A DNA stretch of 64,000 nt, from contig JBITNC010000001.1 of assembly GCA_050084985.1 (NCBI GenBank), positions 135,470,001-135,534,000 of the forward strand. Reading direction: 5' to 3'. The DNA comes from Nageia nagi (Eukaryota > Plantae > Pinophyta). Each line of letters begins with the position of its first letter. Positions within the stretch are counted from its first letter, which is position 1. The position numbers and the translations under genes are program-made. Of this stretch, positions 52,250-64,000 are shown piece after piece. The notes below the pieces were generated by a model that was not told the origin of the DNA, did no database searches, and saw only the letters and a list, made by a program, of their open reading frames with translations.

Positions 52250-54650
52250 CAAGATCTCACATATTTACAAAGTTTCACTTTTTGTTGTAATTGAACTGAC
52301 TAATATTGCAAGCCTTCCCCTTTTAACATGGGCATATATCTCATGATTAATTATGAATCCACATATGTTATCCATGAAACCTTAAATGATACTTATAGAT
52401 TGGTTCCCTTCTATTATCCCATCATTGATCAATTATTATATCTCATTCTTACAACTTTCACATTAGTTAGTTGTATGTCATTTAGTTTATAGTAAGAACA
52501 TGATTATTATGCCATGTCAATTTATCAATACTAGTATCATCTTGCATGTCCTTTCATAATTATATTATCAATTATTTTTTAAAGAAAATTTGCTAAGATG
52601 CACATTGGAGGAATTAGAAAACTAATAATTTTAACCTTTTGAGTTTGTGATCATATAAGAATAACTATTTTTCCATTTCAATTGAATTGATATCATTTCC
52701 TTTCTTGATTTTTGTTTATTATGATTTCTTCTTATTTTAATTTATGTTGTAATTCTAATATTTAATTAATTTCACATTAATGAGATATTATTTTCGTAAA
52801 GGATGGATATTCTTGTATTGCTAAATAATGCACTTGCAATCTCATATGCATAACATATGATACATTTAGGGAAAGTACTCTCAAATATCTTATTGATATA
52901 TTCCTCATTTAATTTGGTCAACATTCATTTATATACTTTTTTAAATATCTGTATAAAGTTACCCAACCTCTTATCATGGAGAGATATGATAATATAGCTA
53001 TTTTGTTGATATTATATATGTAATGGTCTACAATTGTTTTTTCACTTTTTCATAGGTAGTTAGATAATTTGAAGGAAACTCATAAAAAAATTATGATTCT
53101 TCCAATTTTACTCTCCTAGGTAAAAATGTGACCAATATTCTAATATCATATTGAAATTTGATGCTAAATTCCTATTAAATGTTAAGAAGTATTATCTATG
53201 GTCTCATTTCCCATTGACCATATAAAATTATAGTACCTTATAATCTGTAGGTAAATATACATTAAGAATATCTCATGATAGTATACTTTGGAATTTTCTA
53301 TCAAATAAATAAGCTATCTCATCTTTCTTTGATAAATTTGATATCATTGAGGCCTATATTTTGGTAAATTATTTTCAAAACTTTGTTATCCTTGAATCTA
53401 AACTATTGGGATTTGAAAATTTTTCATTGTCTATTCTAATTTCCATTTTTTTTAGAATTTTATTTTAAGTTATAAATTGTTTCTACATTCCATATTTTTT
53501 GAACTTAATTATTTTGTTAATGAATAAGTTTATCTCCTCAACAAACCCATTCTCATGTATGATACTTCTAATCATATTATAAGTTTACATTAATATTTTT
53601 ATTTTTCAATTTTAAAGCTATTTTTTGGGATCAATTGAAACACATTTAAACTAAATTTAGGATATGTGTTTATATTAGTGTAGTTCTCTAATATATTACT
53701 AGCAAAATGTAAAATTTATTAGACTGTATTATATCACATCATTGTACTTAATCAATTTCCATATCTTTTGTATCGATATAAAAAAACAAAGAGTATTAAA
53801 AGGACCTAATACCTTTTACATTTATCTTAGAAAAAATTCAACAAGTTTAGTATTAGATCAACAAAAATGAGAATATATAAAATAAAACCTATTCTAGTAC
53901 CTTTAGCTCTATATTTTTTTTGTTTAGATCTTCAACCTCTACTTTTTTTGTGCAACCTCTTCAAATTTGTTCTTCCAAAAAAAGCAATGGATTTTATCTC
54001 ATTTCATAAAATTATGGTCTTCATCCTCTATAAATCCATTTTTTATCTGATTTTTTATTATGAAGTAATATTTTTTAGATTGATATTTTGCATCCCTATC
54101 ATCTTTTACCTCTTCTCATACCTTACATATTTTTCTTTCTTGAGGCCTCATAGCCAATTATCTTTCCATCGGTTCTCTACCCTATTGGGTCAATATTTCT
54201 CTATTATTCTTACCTAGATCTCTTCTCATATATTATGAAGATTTAAAACCAAAGAAAATAATTGATTTCTCTATATATTTGGTGACTTCCACATTACCAA
54301 CAATGTTCAATGCTCTCATCTCTTAGGTCTCCAAAATCTTTAAATATATAGAGATCTTTACCTCTCTTTTTTCTATATGATCTCATGTTTCTTTCCAATA
54401 GTTGCATTATAATTCATTGGGATTATCTCTTGGAATACATCATGAGTTTGTCTCTTTTTACCTACAATTTGATTCACATTTAATATATTCCTCTCATTCT
54501 ATTGAGTTTCTCAAATACATTCCAAATGCTAACTTGGCTTATCCATTATCTAAGTTTCTAGGATTTTTTCTATCTCCTTTTCTAGATGAGCCACCACCTA
54601 GTGATCTTATTCAATGAGTTCTAATTGATTCAAAGGTATTTATTTAGTAG
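52250..54650 (-). mobile_element. Very degraded L1-like LINE remnant
   Basis: Minus-strand traces in LINE order: knuckle-like HCW*CGSH (~54300), INVKGIRS (endonuclease start, ~53810), NCRP (~53030) and DDT (~52540). The motifs are short and the boundaries approximate. Confidence 0.38.
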
Positions 54651-56959
54651 GTTTAATAATTCACATACTGCCCCTACTACTCTTTAGGTTTCACATTATT
54701 TCTATGGCATATTAGCTATGGGATAGCTCATACATCCACAAATAGTGCATGCTCTTGGCTTGAAATTGTATTAAATTTATTATTCATAAATTCCCAATTA
54801 TAAGACTAGGGTTATGGATTTTAAAAGGTTTACATAAATATCCACTTTCAAAGTAATCTAAACAAAGACTATATGGTTCTATTATTTGTGGCATTATCTG
54901 AGGGAAGTGAGATTCCAAAATGTTATATCAATACCCATTATCATATCCTCACACAAAACATGGATAGATAGTCTAGTTAACCTAATCCATAAATGAGTTA
55001 TATTGAATTTTTATGTGCTTGAATCAAAATTATGACCTCATCACTTAAAAATAAAAACCTAATTTTCTAAAGATCCATAGTCCTCAAAAGAGGATCTATT
55101 GCATGTCATATTCTTAATATGATTCACCAATAAGAAACCTTTGGTAAAGTTATGATATTAAAGGACCTTATGGGTCTCTAAATTTACCTAACACTTAGTT
55201 CAATTGAGGCAATCCAAAAAATTTCTAAGCCCAAAATATTTTTTGATAAAATAAAAAGCACTTTGATCCTACTTAAAAAAATGATGGATGGAGGAATAAT
55301 GAGATGCAAATCCATAATATCATTTAATTTACATTTTTTGGAATTCTTCTAGATAATTTACATTGATGATTTATTCCCTTGTGGTGTTTTGGTATTGTTC
55401 CCATCCTTGTTATGCTTCAAATGAGATCACATAGAGCCTACCCCTAACCTCAAAGGAACCCTTGGGATAGAAGGTCATTTAGTAACCTATGAGCTTCTAC
55501 CAATGCTTTGCAATCTTGTATCCTCCTCGCTCTCACCTTACAACCCAATATCCTCATCCTCTCCTCTATAACTAGAAGACTTCAAAACCCCTTGCTCCCT
55601 ATTTTCCCATTCTCAACTCTATTCCATATATTCACAACTTAGCTCTAAGGGTGCATATAGTCATGTTGTGATGACCCTCTCTTAAGCACACTTTTTCCAT
55701 TTAATTAATTTTTATGATGAATATGTTGTTCTTAGAACATGATTGTGAGATAATTAATTAAATGTGTATGTTTTCCTTTTTAGTATTATTTATTACATAT
55801 TATTTTTTGAATTTGATATTGCTTTTAATGGTGCAATTTGTAAGAACTAGTTTCCAAGGAAGTGGGTCATTGGATTGGATGTAATTGGAGATGATGATGA
55901 TGATGCCTTAGTCCACAAGGGATGTACAAATGTATTTAAGCATATTTTATTATGTTTGCATGGTTGAGAGCTAGGAGGTTATCTTAATGGGAAAGAGCTC
56001 TATTTCTTTCCCTTGTATTGCATGGTGTTATTTTTGTTTGGTTTATGATTTTAAATTTGGAAGTTTTTATGTTTTGGATGAACCTTCAAAATAAGACATA
56101 AATATAACTACAACCAATTAAATAAACTTATTTAAATAATAAAGAACTACAAATTAAGGTGTCTATAATTTGTAGCTTGGGAATTATTATTATTTAAAAA
56201 ATATAGTAATTAAATAATGAAAATGCTTTGAGGTAATATAACATTAGTTTTATTTTAAAATAATAATATGTCATTATTTGGAAGTTTCTCCCATATGCTT
56301 TTCAATGGTAGTTTTGAAACTACAACTATTGGTACTTCTGCAACCTCTATTATTCTCCTCTTTATATGCAAGCTTGATGCATGGTTTTGGGGTTTATTTT
56401 TGGCTAGCTCTAGGATTTTGGATTGCTTATATTCTTATGTGAAGTTGGAGAAGAAGTATTACAAAGAGGGCTTTTTCAATACTATGTGAATTCCATTAAC
56501 TAGTAAAAAAATATTGTTTTAGTTCACAATTAAAATCTGGATGTAGTTTACTTTTATTGTTGCATTACTATTCTCAAGAATGTTAAATTACTTCTAAAAT
56601 GGAAATGAATTTATGGAGAAATAGATTATTCAAATTTAGGATCTCATTAAAAGCCAAGAAAATCCTTTAGAAGTTAGAATAAAATGGGATGAAATTCTTG
56701 AAAAATACTCTCTCAAAAAAGAAAACAATTTGCTAAATTTATTCATGTTATTAGGAAAATAAAATCTATTTTTATATTTTTTTATTACCTTAAAAAAATT
56801 AAATTAATAAATTTAATTTAGTCTATATTTATTTATTTTAAATAAAAAATAGAGGGACTCAACTCAACCATGGTTGGTTGGCCCTGTGGCTTTAATGGGG
56901 GATGTGGCTTAGCTAGACTGGTTGGCCCCATTATATAACAAGGGAAGGGGAGGGGATAG

Positions 56960-59638
56960 TGTAACCTAGCTTGGTCATTTCCCCAACATATAGGCCATGA
57001 TAGCCTTAGGTTTTTTGGAATGTATAATGCATTATTGTAAGATTTTGTAAGGTTCTTGTAAATTCACCAATACTTAAAGGTATCCCTAAATACATTGAGT
57101 ATTTAAGTGAATAAAATAATGTAAATTCTCCTACACTCCTTCTCATGAGCATGCCCCATGGGTAAAATGGTGAAGCATTCATGTATTTGTACAATGGTTA
57201 AAAGGGTGATCCAAGGGAGGATTTTGGCCTATAAATAGAAGGCCCTCTTCTTAAGATCACACACCAAAAGTTGAAGCAAATTTATGCTCTAGGATTAGTG
57301 TTAGGAGAGGAAGAAAGAGGTCTTGTAAGAGAGTTGTCTTTCTCATTGAGAAAGATCTTAGTTAGTAGATGTACTCCCATGGTTGGAGGAACCATTTTAC
57401 ATTGGTTTCAATTTGTGAGATTGTTTATGCTTTGAGTATTATTCTTTTGAGAGAGCTTTCATATAATCTTTAGCATATAAGAATTGGGTATTTAGTCTTA
57501 TTTCATTTAGGGTTGGCCATTACTTCAATCCCCACTATATGTGGAGGAAGAAGGGGGGTTGGTGGTGGTGAAGCTTGTGCCCTAGCTGACCCCAAGGCAT
57601 AAGCTTGGGAAATTTATATATATATATATAATTATAATCAAAATATTTTATTTTATGTTAATAAATATTATTTATTTTCTAGTTGATAAAATTTAAATTT
57701 TATAATTTAGAAAAAAATAATAATGTTTATGAATATTTTTAAGAACTAGAATTTAAATTTAATATATAAATATATATTATTTTTAAATTTTGAGTTTGTG
57801 TTGTTGAATCTTCTAGAGTAATTTATAAAAAAAATTAGCAAAAATCATTCAATTATTAGTGGAATAAAAGGAGAAAGTTTATTTCAAGAAAATATTTGAT
57901 GATTGAGTTATTTAAAGAACTTGATCTACTACAAGTTTGATTTGGTGTTTATTATTCAATGAAACATTTGTGCATTATAACATCTGAGAATGAAAGGGAA
58001 GTTTTATTTTTTTAAAAAGTTAATTTTCGTATGTTATTTAAAATTCTTTTTTAAAAATGCATATTAGGAATAAAAAATATATGAAAATGCTTTTGGCATT
58101 CATAAAAGAGTTGATCTGATCCACATATTTTACATCCATGAAAGGTGACTCAACATTGTTAAAATGGAAGATAAAAGAGGACTACTTCAAGTTGACAATT
58201 TACAAGCTTTTGTAACCAATGCATATGATGTTGTATAATGATTTTTGAAGCATTTAAATATTTTATCATGAAGTGAAAGTGAAGATATAAAATCAAAAGT
58301 ATTGTATAGTTATGCAAGTTTTCATAAATAATAAAATGAATATGGTTTGTTGTTATTGCATCTTTTATATTTATATGTGCTTGATTATGATTAATGTAAA
58401 TGATGTGAATGGAGTTCATAAACTATTAGAGTTGATTGAGAATAAATGAATTATTATATTTATAACTATGTTTTTATTTATAAAATAAGACTAAAGCATG
58501 ATTAATAGAAAAGGTGAAACAATTTAAGTTAGTTATTTGATTTGCATGTATAACTTAAGTATTGAATTTAATTATGTTCATGCCCTTGGTGAATATAAAT
58601 AAAATCAATTTATTTTAATAAATCAAACATTTATTATTAAGAGCCATTAAAATAGTGACATCTTGAATAGGGATCATAAACTTAGAAAAATACTTATGTT
58701 GAAGAAAATATACATTATGTACTTATAAAACTTAGGAACCAAAAACTTGTACCTGAGAAATGATTGGGAAACATTTAACAATTTTAGGTTTGGAATCTTG
58801 GGAAATCCTATAATAGGATCTACATAAAGTGGATGATATTTTGACAAAAGTGAAAGATAAAAATTTTAAAAACAAATTAGGAAAGTTGTTGGTTGACCTT
58901 GATGATATAGAAAAAGAAACAAGTCTAATTTTGACCTAAGCTAAATTAAACTATAAACACCTAATGAAAGAATAATGGGTTAGGTTATTATGAAGCAAAA
59001 GTGGTATACCATGAAAGTTATGGGCAAGGTGGATACCATGGCTTAAGTGGTGGTATCTTATGGGAATTATAGGTAGGCAAGGGTATTTCATTCAACATCG
59101 GGTAGGATGTTGATGTTAAACTTATATAATGGGTTGGTTTTATGAGTTTAGTCCACTTAGATAAGCACTTAATTCACTTACATGGGATATCATGTACATG
59201 AAAGGATGTGCATACCACTTATTTGAAGTATGGGCCCTAAGAAGTAACCCATTATCATAATGAATTGAGGTTTCTTAAACATGGGAGATGTTTAAGAGAT
59301 AAGTTTTCAACTTGATTTAATTTAGTAGGAATTTATCACTCATATGCCTTCTTAAGGGTCATTTGCAATGATTAACTAAACTCAATATGGTTTCCTTAAC
59401 CCATGTTAAAATTTATAGGTGTTAAACTTGAATAGAAAAATAAATTTAAAAAACAAATTATCCTCATTTTTAGGTAGAATTAGAGGTTCATTTCACATGT
59501 ACCATATCTAGTTTGTTACATTCCATGTCACTTTATTTTGTAAATATGGATAGTATAATTTTTCTATATTGATTGTATAAATACCTACTATGTAACTTAA
59601 ATAGTATAAAACAAATTATTCTTTAACATGGTATTACA
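56960..59638 (+). repeat. Candidate LTR preceded by a polypurine tract
   Basis: AAGGGAAGGGGAGGGGATAG is followed by TGTAACC at 56960. CCTATAAATAG at ~57228. Possible ends GTTACA (59520) or GGTATTACA (59638). No partner LTR or pol seen. Confidence 0.42.
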
Positions 59639-60216
59639 TCAAGTGTATCCCATATAATCACTTGCATAGTTATTATTTATTATTTGTATTCTATTAAATG
59701 AACAATAGAATCTAATCTACTTAGCTAAAAGATTAATTTAAGAAAGACATCAAATAGCTTAAAATCTTTCTTTTGTATACTTCAATATCCTTTTTTATAC
59801 CAAAGTGTATTATGGTCATCATGTTATAGTAAAGGTGTACTCATCATGGAGTAATATAATGCTTAGAATTTGATCTTCATTAGAAATATTATTTATTAGG
59901 TTTCATAGATATTTTCAGTTATGGTTTAGATATTCAACATTTATACCTTGGACACTATTGACTTGAAAGTGGTGCTAGGTTGGTTTATTATAAGATGAAC
60001 ATAGAAAATATTCCACCAATATTATTTTAGTTATAGATAAATTATTTCAAAATCATTATGACCATTAGCTAAATTCCTATCCTTCCATGGTAATGAGTTG
60101 ATTTTTTTTATTAGATAACACACTATGAATACTATATTTTACATGTGATCTCAATCATCTTAAGTATTTACATAACATTCTCTTATGTTATGTTACCTAC
60201 ATCTATCATGATAAGC

Positions 60217-63200
60217 TAGAAAGAGAAATAGAAATAGAAATATATTTTAATATTCATGAGTGACCAAAAATAGGCAATGGGAATTAAAAGTATAATCTAA
60301 TTAAATAATAGAAAGCACTAGGGTTGAGAACCTTAGGTATTGACAAAAGAAAATACAAATAATAAAACTACATTATCAAGAGTGTTCGAGCTACAAGAGG
60401 GATCACTTGTAGAGAAATTAAAACAAGTGATATATAGCTATCATCCAAGTTGTGATTAGGTGGTGTTTATCTAAGATGCGATACAATTTCACATCAACCT
60501 AAGACTATGAGTATGCTAAAGAGTATTTTCTGGAAGCCATTTTCTAATAGTGGGATCTGAAGTAGGTTGGAAGAAAGAGTTGATCAATTTGGTGGGTGTG
60601 TGATCTGTATGGATCACTATAAAGATACTTTCTTAAAGAAGGTGATCTCTTGCAAGAATAATGTTAGGCATGTCTGGTCAAGATAATAAAAAAATATGGA
60701 CAAGGAGCCTTTGGACTCCCTATACAAGTAATAATGCCATCCTTAAATGTCATAGTAGATAGGATATCTAAAGATCAAGTGCTCTTCATTATCCACCTCC
60801 TGTGGAGGGCAGAGTCAACAAGTCCTCTCTGTATATGGAATCTAGTAGTCTATCTCAACACAAAGTTGATGTGAATAAACTCGTAGTTGGCTAAGGGAAA
60901 TCCTCAAGATGGGAGTCCATTGGTATTAGAGGTAGACAAGCATGATAATGGTGTCATCAGTGATCTACAATAAATGCTCTTCATAAAAATATAGTTTAGG
61001 GATAATAGGTTATGGAGGGGAGACCCAAGTAACTTGAATATATTAATGATAAATCTTCACTCTAATATATCTATGAAGCTCTACCTTTGAAAGTTGAAGA
61101 TGATGAGGAGTAGTCAATGAAATGTTGAAATATGGAGATTGATCAATAGAGATACTTGCATATTATATAAGTGGACTAGATTCAAAATACCAACAACACC
61201 TACACCTAGTGAATCCTAATAATGCAAGCCTCTTCAAAGAACATAAAGGAAGAAATTAATACCTCTTATGGCCCATGACTAAGTTACCAAACTATCAAAG
61301 TCTATGTAGAAAGGATGTGAGCTTGAATATGCTCTCAAGATGGAGTGGTTGTATGGAAAACTCACACTATATAATGCACTATGATAAAGTTAACTTACAA
61401 TTGATCATCCATTGAAGCATGATGGTCTAAACCCTCTCAATACATGACCACTTGATAGCTCTAGAACTAGGGTCCCAAACCTTCAAGCCATAGAGAACTA
61501 TGGGCTTAATAAGGGTATCAAAGAGAAATTTCCTTGAAGGGATATCTTGAAAATAAATCTAGAAGCACTAAAGTTCTAGAATAGAAAGTTAAATGTATCC
61601 CTTGCAAATATGTGATTATAAAGTCAGTTTCAAGCTAAAAGATGGCTTTAAAAATTTAACACTAGTTAGGTGTAAGTAGTAGAGATATCAATTATATCAC
61701 CTTTATAGTAAAATGGTATCTAGAGAGAGTGTATATAGAGGTATTAAATATCATGATCTTGTTTTTAATGATATTAACTATGATATGTTTCTAGCCATAG
61801 AAACTAGAAAGTGCATTCAATTATCTCTAAAGATCCTCAAGAGAGTGTGATAAGGCAATCACATCATCTACAAATAGAAGTATGGTAATTTCTATCTAAT
61901 GGAGAAAATAACTATCTTTTGTGTGAGTTTGTAGTTGAATAAATTCCTTAAGGTCATCAATATATACATGCCAAAGAGAGTGGGTGAAAGGGGGCACCCT
62001 TGCTTAACTCCAATGGTGCTAGTGATCGTGTTTAAAAAACCATTCATAATTTAGAATCAACCAACAACTAGCTCATAAAGTATCATGATGGTAGTAAAAA
62101 ATGTGTTAGATATACCAATAGTACACATATTTTTAAAAATTAAGTATCATGGGATAGTATCAAATACTTTACTAAAATCAACAAAGCAACAAAATATCTT
62201 AGATGATCTCTAGTGGGCCTCCTTGATGATAGCTTGAAGGATGAAGATATGATATATAGTCTACTAATCCCTCCTGAATCTAGTACTCCCTCTTTCCCAA
62301 AAGCTATTCTACTCCAAATGACCTAATAGCATCATGTCCAGAGTTATGGCATAAAGCTTGGAAAATGTATACCCAATCATGATGGTTATGTAATTATTAG
62401 GATTAGAAAAACCTTATAATTTATGAATGGGATGAATGATGTAATGTGACCATGAGGGTGGAAACCTTAAACACACAACCTCATTAAATAAAATAGTAAT
62501 AGGAGAGGTGAGTCACCACCATATTTTAAAAACTCAACTTGCAAGCCTTCACAATATGTTGCTTTAGTAGTACAAAGTTTTCTAATGGCTCTAAAAATAG
62601 CTTCTAGATAAGAAAGATGACAAGATAGGAGGTGATAAAATTGTGGAGTATGCTGAATAGGAATATCATAGAGTGAACTAGCATATGAGACCCAATATTA
62701 GGGTTTGGTGTCAAATGGAGATGGTTTCCTTGGGAGGAGGTTATGCCAAAAGGCTTTAGGAGAGTGATGGAGGGAGTCAATAAGAGAATTTCGAGTAGTG
62801 GTAAGAAAATGATGTTTCTTTCAATGAAGAAAACCATGATAAACTCTTAGAATGGAAAACATAGAGGAAGGATCATGGGAGAGAGCAAAGTAAATTCTCT
62901 TGTACATGGATTTACATTTTGCATGATACAAATGATTTCTAGGTTAGAAACTAGGATAGTAGGGTAAATGAAAATGATAGGTATTATGAGGAAAGGTATT
63001 AAATGATGCCTCCTAGAGCATATTAAATAAAAACTCATAGATGGTAGTGACACTCGAAGGGGTAGAGAGTAAATTAGTATTATTAGCTAGAAGTTACGAG
63101 AGGTAAGTGGTATATTGGTTGACATACTCATAGCTAAAAAGAACAATAAGATGACAAATTCTAAAAGTGTAGAAGAAGGGAGAAATTGGGGGATGGAGGT

Positions 63201-63410
63201 GTGTGGGGGGGATTTAATAAGAGAACAAAGGATAGAGTTGCATGGTTTGCAAGGGGAAGTTTATAAGAGATAATAAGATTATGAATGTGAGGAATAGAAT
63301 ATAAGCTAGCTAATACATAGTCCACCACACTCGCTCCTCCACTGTGAAGAAAAAAGGTGAATCTGCTAGAGCAAGGAAAGCATGAAATTCTATTAAGAAT
63401 AAATATTCTA
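60217..63410 (-). mobile_element. 5'-truncated LINE, RTE/RTEX-like (endonuclease C-terminus, RT, C-terminal CCHC), decayed
   Basis: HSGGASVVDYVLAS and PLANHA (endonuclease); NYITIMIGYTFSKLYA; FCCFVDFSKVFDTIP; GVKQGCPLSPTLFGMYIDD; ILLFVDDV; ERTC*LC...DNEEHLIFRYPIYYDI; (TTTCTA)n-like 3' tail at ~60217-60241. Confidence 0.88.
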
Positions 63411-64000
63411 TTTGACTTAGAAGCAAGTTAGCTTGGTGATAGTTAAATAATTTAGTTTTTGTAATAAGATAAAATAGTACTTTAAATGATTTATTAGATT
63501 ATTTTACACTATTCCTTGATATTTTATCTTATTACAACATATAAATTATTTAAATCTATCTTATAAACTTAAATAAATTTAATTATTTCATCAATTAGAG
63601 TCTAGTTATTCTTATTACATAGTAGAGAATATATAATTTTAGTTACCTACTTTTCAAGATGAATATATTTGATGCACTATTGAGGAGTCAAGTCATATAA
63701 GTTTAAGTTTATTTATTTCAAAGTTGAAAATAAGTCTTGTTTATATGAAAATATAAATATATAAATTAGAATTAAAGTCATGTTGTATTGAAAATCTATT
63801 TTTAAGAGTTATATAATTACTATTTTAATGAAAATTAATTGTAAGTTTAAAAATGTTAAAATATTAGTTGATTGAGTTAAAGTGAAAAATGTTAATGTGT
63901 TAATGGTTTTTTTTTCCCCAAGGGGACACCATGGTTTCAATGTGATTCAAATCAATGGGAGGAGGTCACAAGTTCAAATCCCCTTGTTGGATCCCTAGTG

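Noticed and set aside
63920-64000. tRNA/SINE-like B box (CAAGTTCAAATCCC)
   Set aside because: No convincing A box or cloverleaf, and it is cut off by the window edge.

Overview
AT-rich, strongly CpG/CHG-depleted plant nuclear DNA made almost entirely of decayed, nested transposable elements. A conifer/gymnosperm origin is inferred from the PPR motifs and element types. I found no intact host gene. In order: a chromovirus Ty3/gypsy 3' half with its LTR (1-2730), inserted into the RNase H of an opposite-strand gypsy pol; a Tat-type integrase followed by a long extra ORF (3400-11041); and a non-autonomous two-LTR element (11931-15163). Next is a ~4.4-4.6 kb tandem array of a PPR-fragment unit (16593-52236), split by two large hAT-type DNA transposons (20168-32898 and 36960-47089, each with TIRs and an 8-bp TSD). 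The first hAT carries a nested tRNA-Trp-primed gag element and a canonical PMD pseudogene; the second carries a solo LTR. The window ends with LINE remnants and an LTR-like block. Main finding: the two divergent hAT elements share a two-gene design. Each has a + strand transposase and a convergent, spliced accessory gene; the two accessory genes are homologous and have conserved intron positions. Each element also has family-specific 20-21 bp palindromic motif arrays at both ends and in an accessory-gene intron. All alignments were done by eye.
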